Positions 36,340 to 45,427 of a stretch of 55,252 nucleotides of DNA are shown here, in pieces (the first letter of the stretch is position 1; each line of letters starts with the position of its first letter). Under the pieces are notes generated by a model that saw nothing but the letters and a program-made list of their open reading frames with translations, ran no database searches and was not told the DNA's origin. Both the position numbers and the translations under genes were made by a program. The stretch is taken from positions 1-55,252 of the forward strand of contig JAGRMS010000291.1 in the NCBI GenBank assembly GCA_020441135.1, in the 5' to 3' direction. Source of the stretch: Pseudooceanicola sp. Lineage in GTDB: Bacteria; Pseudomonadota; Alphaproteobacteria; Rhodobacterales; Rhodobacteraceae.

Positions 36340-37209
36340 ATGACAGTACTGCTTGGACTCGTGATGGTCTTCGGGCTGGTCTTCGGCGGCTTCATACTGT
36401 CGGGCGGCAAGATGGACATCGTGATGCACGCGCTGCCCTTCGAAGGCATGATGATCGCCGGCGCCGCCATCGGGGCCTTCGTCATCGCCAACTCGCTCTC
36501 GATGCTGAAAAGCGCCGGGGGCGGCGTTCTCAAGGTGATCAAGGGCCCCAAGTGGAAGGGCAAGGATTACGAAGAACTGCTCAGCCTGATGTATGAACTC
36601 GCCCGCATCTACAAGCAGAGCGGCATCCTTGCACTGGACGACCACATCGAAAAGCCGAACGAGAGCGACATCTTCTCGCGCTATCCCAAGGTGCAGCACG
36701 ACCATTTCGCCATCGAGCTGATCACTGACAGCTTCCGCATGCTGTCGATGCAGTTCGACGACCGCTTCCAGACCGAGGACGTGATCAACCGCAAGCTCAA
36801 GAAGCACCACCACGAGGCGCTCGCCAGCGCCGGCGCGATCCAGACCATGGCCGACGGCCTGCCTGCCATCGGGATCGTCGCGGCCGTGCTTGGCGTGATC
36901 AAGACCATGAGTTCGATCGACCAGCCGCCCGAGGTTCTGGGCGGCATGATCGGCGGCGCGCTGGTCGGGACGTTCCTCGGCGTGTTCCTGGCCTATTGCA
37001 TGGTGCAGCCGATCTCGGGCCGGCTGAAGCAGATCGAAGAGGAAGACGGCAACTTCTACATCGTCATCCGTGACATCTTCATCGCCATCGTCGCGAACCA
37101 TCCGCCGAACATCTGCATCGAGATCGGGCGCGGCGCGATTCCGACCCGGATGCAGCCCAACTTCTATGCGGTCGAGGAAAGCCAGCGCGCCTTGACCTCC
37201 TCCTCGTGA
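36340..37209 (+). CDS. motA: Stator protein MotA
   Basis: TM helices; ADGLPAIGIVAAVLGVIKTM, GGALVGTFLGVFLAY. Confidence 0.97.
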   Translation: MTVLLGLVMVFGLVFGGFILSGGKMDIVMHALPFEGMMIAGAAIGAFVIANSLSMLKSAGGGVLKVIKGPKWKGKDYEELLSLMYELARIYKQSGILALDDHIEKPNESDIFSRYPKVQHDHFAIELITDSFRMLSMQFDDRFQTEDVINRKLKKHHHEALASAGAIQTMADGLPAIGIVAAVLGVIKTMSSIDQPPEVLGGMIGGALVGTFLGVFLAYCMVQPISGRLKQIEEEDGNFYIVIRDIFIAIVANHPPNICIEIGRGAIPTRMQPNFYAVEESQRALTSSS

Positions 37210-37463
37210 TCCGTCTAACCCTGCTCCTGGCGCTGCTGCCTTCCCTTGCGGCAGCCGCCGGGGGCGAACCCGTTCCCGCCGCCACTTCGGTGCCGAAACC
37301 CGCCGACGAAGCGCAAGTCTTCCCGGTGACGGTTCCGAAGGCGCGCCACCTGCTGCCGGTCGAGATCACCGACCGGATGCGGGCGGCGCTGGTGGTGAAG
37401 ATGGGCGGCCCCCCGCCGCAACACGACGAACCGTCTCACGACGCGAAACCGACAGGCCACTGA
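37206..37463 (+). CDS. Small exported hypothetical protein
   Basis: GTGA overlap with motA stop; signal-peptide-like N-terminus; fills gap to fliJ. Confidence 0.55.
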   Translation: MIRLTLLLALLPSLAAAAGGEPVPAATSVPKPADEAQVFPVTVPKARHLLPVEITDRMRAALVVKMGGPPPQHDEPSHDAKPTGH

Positions 37464-37464
37464 C

Positions 37465-37905
37465 TTGGACGACAGACGGATTGCCGCGCTTGCCCTCTTG
37501 GAACGGGTGCGCCGCCACGAGATCGAAAGCGAAACCCAGGCCCTCGGGCAGTTGCGCGCCCAGTCCGCGCAGCTGGAGCAAAACCGCCGCGACCTGGAAC
37601 AAAGCCTCGAGGATGGCGCGCAATGCGCCGACCCGGCCCTGCGCTCCTACCTCGGCAACTTCGTCCGCTCCGTCCGGGGCGAAATCGCCCGCGGCGACCG
37701 CGCCATTGCCGAGATCGAAACCAGCGCCGCCGAGATCGCCGACCGCGTGGCCGAAGGCTTCCGCGAGATCAAGTCCTACGAGATCCTGCGCCTCGACGCC
37801 CTCGCCCGCCGCGTGGCCGACCTCGAACGCCGCGAGGAAACCGAGATGAGCGACCTTGCCCAGATCCGCTGGTGGCGCTCCCGTCGGCGCAACCCGGTCA
37901 GATAA
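37465..37905 (+). CDS. fliJ: FliJ-like export protein
   Basis: 146-aa coiled coil with FREIKSYE and E..EMSDLA pattern. Confidence 0.65.
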   Translation: MDDRRIAALALLERVRRHEIESETQALGQLRAQSAQLEQNRRDLEQSLEDGAQCADPALRSYLGNFVRSVRGEIARGDRAIAEIETSAAEIADRVAEGFREIKSYEILRLDALARRVADLERREETEMSDLAQIRWWRSRRRNPVR

Positions 37906-38950
37906 AGTCGTCTTCCTCGGATTCCGTCGGCAGCTGGATCACCTCTTCCTCGGCCAGCTCCTTGGCGTAATCCACCATCGCCAGCTGCGCCGTGCGCACA
38001 TCGCGCCCGCGCACCGGACCCATGTTGTTCATCTCTTCCGCCAGCATGTCCCGCGACCGCCCCGGCAGCTGCGCCAGGAAGTGATCGCGCACCTCCTTGC
38101 TGGCGCCCCGCAGCGCCACCGGCAGCGTGTTGCCGGGAACGCCCCGCATCACCCGCGCCAGCGCCATCGCGTCCAGCTTGACCAGGTCGTCGAATGTGAA
38201 CATCCGCTGCTTGATGCTGGTGAAGGCGTCCGGCATCTTCTCTTCCAGCACGCTCGCCAGCTCGTCGAAGGCGTTGCGGTCCAGCTTGTTGAACAGCTCC
38301 GCCATCTGCTTCTGCATGTCCCGGCCCGAGGATTCCGCCGCGCCCATCAGTTCGGTCTTCAGCGTCTCCTCGATCTCGGCCATCATCTCGCCGGGAACCG
38401 CCTCCATCTTGATCATCCGCTCGATGACGTCCTGCATCCGCTCGGTCCCGAGCAGCGGCAGCACCCGCGCCGCCACGTCCACCGCCACGTTCGACAGGAT
38501 CGCCGCCGCCGTCTGCGAATGCTCGCCCTTCAGGTAGTTGGCGATGACGTTCTCGTTGATCTGGCTGAACCGCGCCCAGAGATCGCGCTCCTTCAGCGGC
38601 CCCGAGATGTCCTTCAGGATCGACTCCACCTGGTCGCCCGGCAGGAAGTTCCGCAACAGCTTCTCGGCGACCGAGAACGATCCCACGATCGCCCCGCCGT
38701 TGTAGACCGCCTCGGTGAACTCGGTCATCACCTGCTCGACATGGGTGCCGTCGATCACCCCCAGCTTGGACATGGCGCGGGTGATCTTCTGGATCTCCTC
38801 CTCGTCCAGCTTCTTCATCAGCTCCGACCCGCGCGTCTCGCCCAGGCACAGGAACAGGATCGCCGCCTTCTCCGGCCCCGCCATCTTCTTGCGGCGCGGC
38901 GCGGTCGCCACGCCCTGGTCCAGCGCCCGTCTCAGCGTTGCGGTCGACAT
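37898..38950 (-). CDS. fliG: Switch protein FliG
   Basis: KAAILFLCLG, EHSQTAAAILS, MFTFDDL, GPVRGRDV. Confidence 0.97.
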   Translation of the reverse strand: MSTATLRRALDQGVATAPRRKKMAGPEKAAILFLCLGETRGSELMKKLDEEEIQKITRAMSKLGVIDGTHVEQVMTEFTEAVYNGGAIVGSFSVAEKLLRNFLPGDQVESILKDISGPLKERDLWARFSQINENVIANYLKGEHSQTAAAILSNVAVDVAARVLPLLGTERMQDVIERMIKMEAVPGEMMAEIEETLKTELMGAAESSGRDMQKQMAELFNKLDRNAFDELASVLEEKMPDAFTSIKQRMFTFDDLVKLDAMALARVMRGVPGNTLPVALRGASKEVRDHFLAQLPGRSRDMLAEEMNNMGPVRGRDVRTAQLAMVDYAKELAEEEVIQLPTESEEDDFI

Positions 38951-38963
38951 GGTTCTTCCCCCT

Positions 38964-39773
38964 TCACCCCGCCGCCGAAAGCGGCAGATAGCCTTCCATC
39001 AGACTGCCGGCGAGCATGTACCACCCGTCGATCAGCACGAAGAAGATGACCTTGAACGGCAAGGACACCAGCACCGGCGGCAGCATCATCATGCCCGCGC
39101 TCATGAGGATCGACGCGACGATCAGGTCGATGGCGATGAACGGCAGGTAGATCAGGAACCCGATGGTGAAGGCCCGCCGCAGTTCCGAGATCATGAAGGC
39201 CGGCACCAGCACCCGCCACCCCGTGGTCTCGAATGTCGCCGGCCCCTCCGGCTCCGCCTCGCCGCTGCGCGCCGCGATGTCCGAAAACAGCGCGATATCC
39301 TTCTCGCGCGTGTTCACGAACATGAACCGCTTGAACGGATCGCCGATCCGCCCCATCGCCTGCTCTTCCGTGATCGCGTTGTTCATCAGCGGCTGGATGC
39401 CGTCCTGCCAGGCGTCCTCGAACACCGGCTGCATCACGAAGAACGTCATGAACAAGGCCATCGAGCTCAGCACCATGTTCGGCGGCGTCTGGTTCAGGCC
39501 CAGGGCCGACCGCAGCATCGAAAACACGATGACGAACCGCGTGAAGGACGTCATGACCACCAGCAGCCCCGGCGCCAGCGCCAGCACCGTCATCAGCGCG
39601 ATCATCTGGATGATGCGCCCCGACAGCGTCGCCCGCTCGTCCGATCCGGCCGGCGCGTCGCTCAGCGCGTTGGTGATCGCGCCCAGCAGATCGCCCCCCG
39701 CCTGTTGCGCCTGCGCCCCATGCGGCAGCAGCAGAACCGCCACTAGCAGGAATAGAAAGACGGCCCGTCCCAT
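38964..39773 (-). CDS. fliP: Export gate FliP
   Basis: MTSFTRFVIV, QTPPN, PAFMISEL, GMMMLPP..SLPFK..FVLIDGW. Confidence 0.97.
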   Translation of the reverse strand: MGRAVFLFLLVAVLLLPHGAQAQQAGGDLLGAITNALSDAPAGSDERATLSGRIIQMIALMTVLALAPGLLVVMTSFTRFVIVFSMLRSALGLNQTPPNMVLSSMALFMTFFVMQPVFEDAWQDGIQPLMNNAITEEQAMGRIGDPFKRFMFVNTREKDIALFSDIAARSGEAEPEGPATFETTGWRVLVPAFMISELRRAFTIGFLIYLPFIAIDLIVASILMSAGMMMLPPVLVSLPFKVIFFVLIDGWYMLAGSLMEGYLPLSAAG

Positions 39774-39778
39774 CGCCG

Positions 39779-40111
39779 TCAGTCATGCCCCGGAACATAG
39801 TCCTTCACGATCTCCGTGAGCTCCACGCCCAGCCGGTCGCCCGCCAGCTTCACCAGGTCGCCCTTCGCCACCAGCCGGTCGTTGATCAGAATCTCCACCG
39901 GATCGCCCATCTTCTTGTCCAGCTCGATGATCGACCCGCGCGTCAGCTTCAGCACCTGCGAGATCGGCATCCGGCTGCGCCCCAGCACGATCTGCACCTG
40001 CAAGCCGACGTTCAGCATGGCGTCGATGTTGCGCCCGCCCTGCGAAGGGGCCGCCTCCGGCGCCTCTTTCACCTCGATCTCGGCCCCGCCGTCTTCGGTC
40101 TCTTCAGCCAT
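39779..40111 (-). CDS. fliN: Switch protein FliN
   Basis: SpoA domain VLGRSRM..GSIIELDK..PVEILIN. Confidence 0.92.
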   Translation of the reverse strand: MAEETEDGGAEIEVKEAPEAAPSQGGRNIDAMLNVGLQVQIVLGRSRMPISQVLKLTRGSIIELDKKMGDPVEILINDRLVAKGDLVKLAGDRLGVELTEIVKDYVPGHD

Positions 40112-40751
40112 TGTCCTTGCCCCCTTGATCGGGCTTCCCGGCGGCTGCGCGCAATCCCGTCAGGATGCGGTCGCAGATCGTCGCAAAGCTGTATTCCATG
40201 AACCCGTTGTCCCACTCGACCCGCGCGTCGCCCTCGCGCAGCGCCGGATCGGCATTGATCGCCACCCGCCCCTCGCCGACCAGCGACACCGCCGCCAGCG
40301 TCTCGCCGATGGCCGCGTGAACCGCCGGCGGCAGGTAAAGGTGCAGCACCGACGTCCCCCGCGCCATCGCGATCGCCGACCGCACCTCGGCCTCGGCCCG
40401 CGGCCCCGCCCGGCTGGCCAGCACTTCCGGCGCGACCTTCTCGAAGACCGCCAGCACGAAGGACAACAGCTGCTGCTCCAGCCCCGCGATGCGTTCGTCG
40501 ATTGCCGCCGTCAGCTCGCCCACCTGCCCCGACAGTTCCGCCAGCGTCTCCGCCTGCCGCCGCAGGTCGCTCTCTTTCAGCGCCTCGGTTGCCTCGGCCT
40601 TGCCCGCCTGGCGGCCGTCCTCGAAGGCGTCGCGCCGCGCCTCGGCCACCGCTTCCGCCAGTTCCGACGCGGTAAAGACCGCCTCGGCCAGCCGCCGGCG
40701 CTCGGCCCGCTCCTGCTCGACTTCCAGGTCAAAGTTGCGGTCGAACAGCAT
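40104..40751 (-). CDS. fliH: FliH-like ATPase regulator
   Basis: FDRNFD N-terminus, AFEDGRQAG, DPALREGDARVEWDNG; between fliF and fliN. Confidence 0.8.
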   Translation of the reverse strand: MLFDRNFDLEVEQERAERRRLAEAVFTASELAEAVAEARRDAFEDGRQAGKAEATEALKESDLRRQAETLAELSGQVGELTAAIDERIAGLEQQLLSFVLAVFEKVAPEVLASRAGPRAEAEVRSAIAMARGTSVLHLYLPPAVHAAIGETLAAVSLVGEGRVAINADPALREGDARVEWDNGFMEYSFATICDRILTGLRAAAGKPDQGGKDNG

Positions 40752-42460
40752 CAGACCTCTTCCGCCAGCCAGGCCTTGACCACCCGCAGCGACTCTTCCG
40801 GCTGCCCCTCGATGGTGTCGCTCACCGTCTCGATCCAGCCGCGCCGCACGCCGCCCTGCACCGACGCCAGGTTCACCAGCTCCGAATGCGCCCGCGTCGG
40901 CGAATAGCGATGCACCGTCGTCTGCGAATTGCCGCCGCCATGCTCGACCGTCACATGCTGCGCCCCCTGCGCCCCCGGCAGTTGCTTCACGGTGTCGCCG
41001 CTGCCCGCCGCGGCAAGCGCCATCTGCGCCTCGGCCCCTTGCGCCGCTGCCGCCGCCAGTTGCTGTTGCGAGTTGATCTCGGCCATCTGCCGCATCAGCG
41101 GCCGCACGCCCACCGCCAGCACGATCCCCGTCAGCGCCAGCGCCAGCACGCCCCGCAGGATCGAGGCAAAGTTGTCCGTCAGCAGCTGCCCGACTCCCGG
41201 CCCCACCGGCTCGCCCACGTCCATCGAGTAATCGATGAACCGCAGGCTATCGACCGACACGCTGTCGCCGCGTTCCTCGCTGAACCCCACGGCGGTCTTG
41301 ATCAGCTCTTCCAGCCGCGCCAGCTCCTCCGCCGGACGCTCGGCGTAATCCACCGTGCCGTTGTCGCCGACATTATAGATGCCGTTCACCAGCACCGCGA
41401 CCGACAGCCGCCTGATGTCGCCCGGCTCGCGGATGACCTCGCTCTCGGTCTTGCCGATCTCGTAGTTCACCACCTCGCGCGTCCGCTCGCTGGTGTTCTT
41501 GCTGCCCGCGCCCTCCGGTGCCCCGTCCGCCAGTTCCGGCGGGATGTTCCCGTTCACGCCGACCTCGCCCGCCGCCGCCTCGCGATCCTCCCGGGTCTCG
41601 CCCGAGGTTTCGGTCGACCGCACCACCCGCTGCGCCGGATCGAAGCTCTGCTGCCGGATCACCCGCCGCTCGGTCTCCAGGTCGACGCTGACCTGCACCC
41701 GCACGTTGCCCGCGCCGACCCGCGCCGACAGGATCTGCGACACCGACTGTCCCAGCCGCTCCTCGATACCTGCCCGAACCGACTGGATCGACACGTCGCC
41801 CGCGCCGTCCGTCGTCTCGCCCAGGATCGTCTCGCCGTCCGCCGACAGCACCGTCACCTTGTTGGCCGACATATCGGGCACGGCCGAGGCAACCAGCGCC
41901 CGGATCGCGCGCGCCTGCCGCTGCCCGATGGCCCGGCTTGCCGATCCCCGCACGATGACCGAGGCCGTCGGCTCCGGCCGGTCGCGCGAAAAGGCTTCCC
42001 GCTCGGGCAGCACCAGGTGGACCCGCGCCGCCGTCACGCCCTCGATGGTCTGGATCGACCGCGCCAGCTCGCCCTCCATTGCCCGCAGCCGGTTCACCCG
42101 CTGCAGGAAGGAATTCATGCCAAGCCCGCCCGCCTCGTCGAACAGCTCCCAGCCCGGCGTCCCGTCGCCCGGCAGCCCCTTGTCGGCCAGCGCCATCCGC
42201 GCCCGCGCCACCGACTCCTTGGGCACGCTGACCGTCGCGCCATTATCGCCCAGCTCGACCCGGATGCCCTCGGCCTCCAGCGTGTCGATCACGTTCGACG
42301 CAGCGCCGGGGCTCATCCCGCCATAAAGCTGCACGAATTCCGGCTGCATCACCGCGCGCAGGCCAAAGAAGAACACCAGCAGCAGCGCCACCCCCGACAA
42401 GGCCAGCAGCGACAGGCGCAACTGGCCCAGGGACGCGAGATTTTTCAGCAGCGAGTTCAC
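40751..42460 (-). CDS. fliF: MS-ring FliF
   Basis: GWELFD, RAMEGELARSI, ARVHLVLPE, RRLSVAVLVNG, two TM helices. Confidence 0.97.
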   Translation of the reverse strand: MNSLLKNLASLGQLRLSLLALSGVALLLVFFFGLRAVMQPEFVQLYGGMSPGAASNVIDTLEAEGIRVELGDNGATVSVPKESVARARMALADKGLPGDGTPGWELFDEAGGLGMNSFLQRVNRLRAMEGELARSIQTIEGVTAARVHLVLPEREAFSRDRPEPTASVIVRGSASRAIGQRQARAIRALVASAVPDMSANKVTVLSADGETILGETTDGAGDVSIQSVRAGIEERLGQSVSQILSARVGAGNVRVQVSVDLETERRVIRQQSFDPAQRVVRSTETSGETREDREAAAGEVGVNGNIPPELADGAPEGAGSKNTSERTREVVNYEIGKTESEVIREPGDIRRLSVAVLVNGIYNVGDNGTVDYAERPAEELARLEELIKTAVGFSEERGDSVSVDSLRFIDYSMDVGEPVGPGVGQLLTDNFASILRGVLALALTGIVLAVGVRPLMRQMAEINSQQQLAAAAAQGAEAQMALAAAGSGDTVKQLPGAQGAQHVTVEHGGGNSQTTVHRYSPTRAHSELVNLASVQGGVRRGWIETVSDTIEGQPEESLRVVKAWLAEEV

Positions 42461-42617
42461 GGGAGGCCGATTGCTTGGAAGAACAGCGAAGGTTTCATGT
42501 GAATGAATACCAAACTATACATGCTGCGCAAGGCTAAATCGATTTTTATACTTGTGAGTGACCCGAATAACCGGATAGAAACGTTTAAAGACTGACAGGC
42601 ACCCGGATCGCCAATTC

Positions 42618-43193
42618 ATGGGCAAGAAACCCGCCAGGAAAGCAACCGATGCCGCCGCCCCCGCGGGCGGGCCGAAACCCATCGTCATGATCGCGGCCAT
42701 TCTCGGCCTTTCCGTCGTCGGCGCGGGCGTCGGCTTCTTCGCGGCGACCTCGCTCGGCGGCGGCGACGACGCGCCCATGGAAGAGGCACACGCCCCCGAA
42801 CCGGCCCACGCGGCCCCGGCACCCGCCGCCGAAGGCGGCCACGGCGAAGCTGCCGCGCCGAAACCCGTCAACGAGATGGCCGTGACCCCCTTCAAGGAGA
42901 TCATCGTCAACATCTCCGCCACCACAGCCACCGGCCGCGTGACGACCCGCTTCATGAAACTGAACGTGGCGCTGGTCTACGACGAAACCCTCGCCGGCGC
43001 CGACCGCATCGAGGAACGCCGCCTGTTTATCCGCGACAGCTTCCAGGATTACCTCCGCCTGCTCACCGAACAGGACTTGCGCGGCTCGCTCGGCCTCGTC
43101 GTGGTCAAGCAGGAGCTTTTGCACCGCGCCCGCACCGTAACCGAAAGCCTCGCGCCGCAGGAAATCCTCGTCGCCGACCTGATCGTGCAGTGA
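42618..43193 (+). CDS. fliL: FliL
   Basis: TM anchor; IIVNI, IRDSF..YLR, DLRGSLG; upstream of fliM. Confidence 0.88.
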   Translation: MGKKPARKATDAAAPAGGPKPIVMIAAILGLSVVGAGVGFFAATSLGGGDDAPMEEAHAPEPAHAAPAPAAEGGHGEAAAPKPVNEMAVTPFKEIIVNISATTATGRVTTRFMKLNVALVYDETLAGADRIEERRLFIRDSFQDYLRLLTEQDLRGSLGLVVVKQELLHRARTVTESLAPQEILVADLIVQ

Positions 43194-43196
43194 CCC

Positions 43197-44132
43197 ATGG
43201 CTGAAACCGACACCATCGAAGACCGCGTCGTCGATCAAATGATCCGCTCGGCCAAGGCGAACTACCAGCGCCTGCCCGTGCTCGAGGTCATCGTCGACCG
43301 CTTCACCCTTGCCCTCGCCCCGGTGATGAAGGCCCACTGCGCCGGCAACACCGCCGACGCCGCGCTCGCCAGCTTCACCTATTCGACCGTCGGCGAGGCG
43401 CTGGAAAGCCTGCCGCTCGACAGCCTCGCCATGGTCGCCGCCGCCCACCCCTGGGAAGGCGACATCGGCGTCGTTCTCGACCACGAACTGCTGTTCACCA
43501 CGCTCGAAATCCTGCTCGGCGGCCGCGCCGCCAGTCGCAAGGACTGGACCCCCCGCGCCTATTCCGCCATCGAACGCAAATTCGGCGCCCGCCTCTGCCA
43601 GGCCGCCCTGAATGCGCTGGCCGAGGCCTTCGCCCGCCTCTGCGAGGTGCAGTTCGTCATCGACCACATCGAAAGCAGCCCGCAGGCGATGGTGCTCTCC
43701 GCCCCCTCCGGCCCCTGCGTCAAGATTACCATGCGCATCGACTTCGACGGTCGCGGCGGCAACCTGATGTTCCTCTTCCCCACCACCGTCTTCGAATCGA
43801 TCCGCTCGATCCTCTCCGCCCCCTTCCACGGCGGCCAGCTCGGCGGCGACAGCTCCTGGCGCGACCTGCTCAGCGGCAAGCTGGAACACACCCCGATCAC
43901 CATCGACGCCGTCCTGCACGAACCGGTCATCGCCCTCGCCGACATCCTGAACTGGAAACCCGGCGTCACCGTGCCCCTCGGGATCACCGAGGACCAGCAC
44001 GTCACCGTCTCCTGCGACAACCTGAAATTCTTCTCGGCCGCCGTGGGCCGCCGCCGCAACGGCGCGGTCGCCCTGCGCGTGGTCCGGGATTACAGCGAAG
44101 AAGAGGAACCCACCGATGTCACATTTGATTGA
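43197..44132 (+). CDS. fliM: Switch protein FliM
   Basis: YQRLPVLEVIVDRF, LLGG, YSAIE and a C-terminal SpoA domain. Confidence 0.9.
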   Translation: MAETDTIEDRVVDQMIRSAKANYQRLPVLEVIVDRFTLALAPVMKAHCAGNTADAALASFTYSTVGEALESLPLDSLAMVAAAHPWEGDIGVVLDHELLFTTLEILLGGRAASRKDWTPRAYSAIERKFGARLCQAALNALAEAFARLCEVQFVIDHIESSPQAMVLSAPSGPCVKITMRIDFDGRGGNLMFLFPTTVFESIRSILSAPFHGGQLGGDSSWRDLLSGKLEHTPITIDAVLHEPVIALADILNWKPGVTVPLGITEDQHVTVSCDNLKFFSAAVGRRRNGAVALRVVRDYSEEEEPTDVTFD

Positions 44133-44490
44133 TTTCGCCATCCTGGCGCTGCTGGCGGGCGTCCTCGGCTATGCCTGGCTGGTTGACCGCCGCGTCCGCC
44201 ACCTCGTCGGCATCCTGCGCGAAATGGCCCCGATGGTGGATGAATTCTCCGCCGCCGTGGACCGCTCCGAAGGCTCGCTCTCGGCCTTCAAGGCCGTCAC
44301 CCAGGCGATCGAGGGCCAGGTCCGCGAGGGCCTGAACCTGCGCCCCCGCCGCGCCGCCGCCGCGCCCGCCCCGGAACCCGCGCCTGCGCCGCAGCCGCAA
44401 GCGGATGATCCCGTCGGCGTCGCCTCCGTCACCGGCAAGGCCGATCTCGTCCGCAGCTTCTTCGCCACCGCGCGGAGCCGCGAGGCATGA
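44116..44490 (+). CDS. Membrane-anchored coiled-coil hypothetical protein
   Basis: N-terminal TM helix then coiled coil; overlaps fliM and motE. Confidence 0.65.
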   Translation: MSHLIDFAILALLAGVLGYAWLVDRRVRHLVGILREMAPMVDEFSAAVDRSEGSLSAFKAVTQAIEGQVREGLNLRPRRAAAAPAPEPAPAPQPQADDPVGVASVTGKADLVRSFFATARSREA

Positions 44491-45113
44491 GGATGCCGCG
44501 CCCCTTCCCGCTGATCCTCTGCGGTCTGGCGCTGATGGGCGTGCTGCGCACCACGACGGCGCTGATCTTCCCCGAGACCGACAGCGACCCCGGCGCCTTC
44601 GTCAGCGCCGCCAATGCCGCGGGCAGCACCGAGGCGCCCCCGGTGCCCGCCGCCGTCGCCGCGCCGGTCGCGCCGATGATCTGCGAAACGCCCGAGGAAA
44701 TGCTCGAGGCGATGCAGGAGGAACGCACCCTCATCGACGCCCAGAAGACCCGCCTGGCCGAGCAGCAGTCCGAGATGGAACTCGCCCGCGAAAAACTCGG
44801 GATCGAGCAGCAACAGCTCTCCGACCTCAAGGCCGAACTCGAGGGCCTGCTCGAAACCGTGAAGAAGTCGCAGACCGACGACCTCGACCGCCTCGTCGCG
44901 CTCTATTCCGCGATGAAACCGAAGGAAGCGGCGGCGATCCTCGACGACATGGACATCGAAACCTCGGTGCTGGTGCTCGCCACCATGCCCGAACGCGACG
45001 CCGCCCCGATCCTCGCCGCCCTGAACAAGGTCCGCGCACGGGCGATCTCGCGTATCATCCTCGAACGCTCCAAGCTCCCCGGCGACCAGCGCCTGAACGG
45101 GCTCAAGCTGTAG
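44487..45113 (+). CDS. motE: MotE-family protein
   Basis: Coiled coil plus LVALYSAMKPKEAAAI, MPERDAAPILAAL. Confidence 0.85.
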   Translation: MRMPRPFPLILCGLALMGVLRTTTALIFPETDSDPGAFVSAANAAGSTEAPPVPAAVAAPVAPMICETPEEMLEAMQEERTLIDAQKTRLAEQQSEMELAREKLGIEQQQLSDLKAELEGLLETVKKSQTDDLDRLVALYSAMKPKEAAAILDDMDIETSVLVLATMPERDAAPILAALNKVRARAISRIILERSKLPGDQRLNGLKL

Positions 45114-45131
45114 GGCGGGGCTCGCCCCGCC
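45110..45131 (+). repeat. GTAG-type REP overlapping the motE stop codon
   Basis: GTAGGGCGGGGCTCGCCCCGCC, identical to 14790-14811. Confidence 0.75.
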
Positions 45132-45159
45132 GAAATTTTTGGCAAGACAGCACCACACA

Positions 45160-45316
45160 GGGCAGTGCCCGACCGCCGGGTGGGCGCTGCAACGCTCTTG
45201 GTCTGCACTTTATGGTGCCAAGTCCTCTGACGTCCGAACCCGCGGCAACGTCGCAAAAGCGCCCGCGTCGTGCCGGAGGCACGCCAGCGGCGTGACGGGG
45301 CGGTCGGGCGCTGCCC
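45160..45316. mobile_element. MITE-like element with 18-bp terminal inverted repeats
   Basis: GGGCAGTGCCCGACCGCC (45160-45177) and GGCGGTCGGGCGCTGCCC (45299-45316), 17/18 complementary; no coding capacity. Confidence 0.55.
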
Positions 45317-45389
45317 GGCGGTGGCTTCGCCACCTTGATTCCGGGCAATAGATTCACTCGCTATCGGCCTGACCAACGCCCGCCAATCC

Positions 45390-45412
45390 GTAGGGTGGGC
45401 AATCTGCCCACC
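45390..45412 (+). repeat. GTAG-type REP (second family)
   Basis: GTAGGGTGGGCAATCTGCCCACC, same unit as the array at 55144+. Confidence 0.75.
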
Positions 45413-45427
45413 GCCCCGGCACCACCC

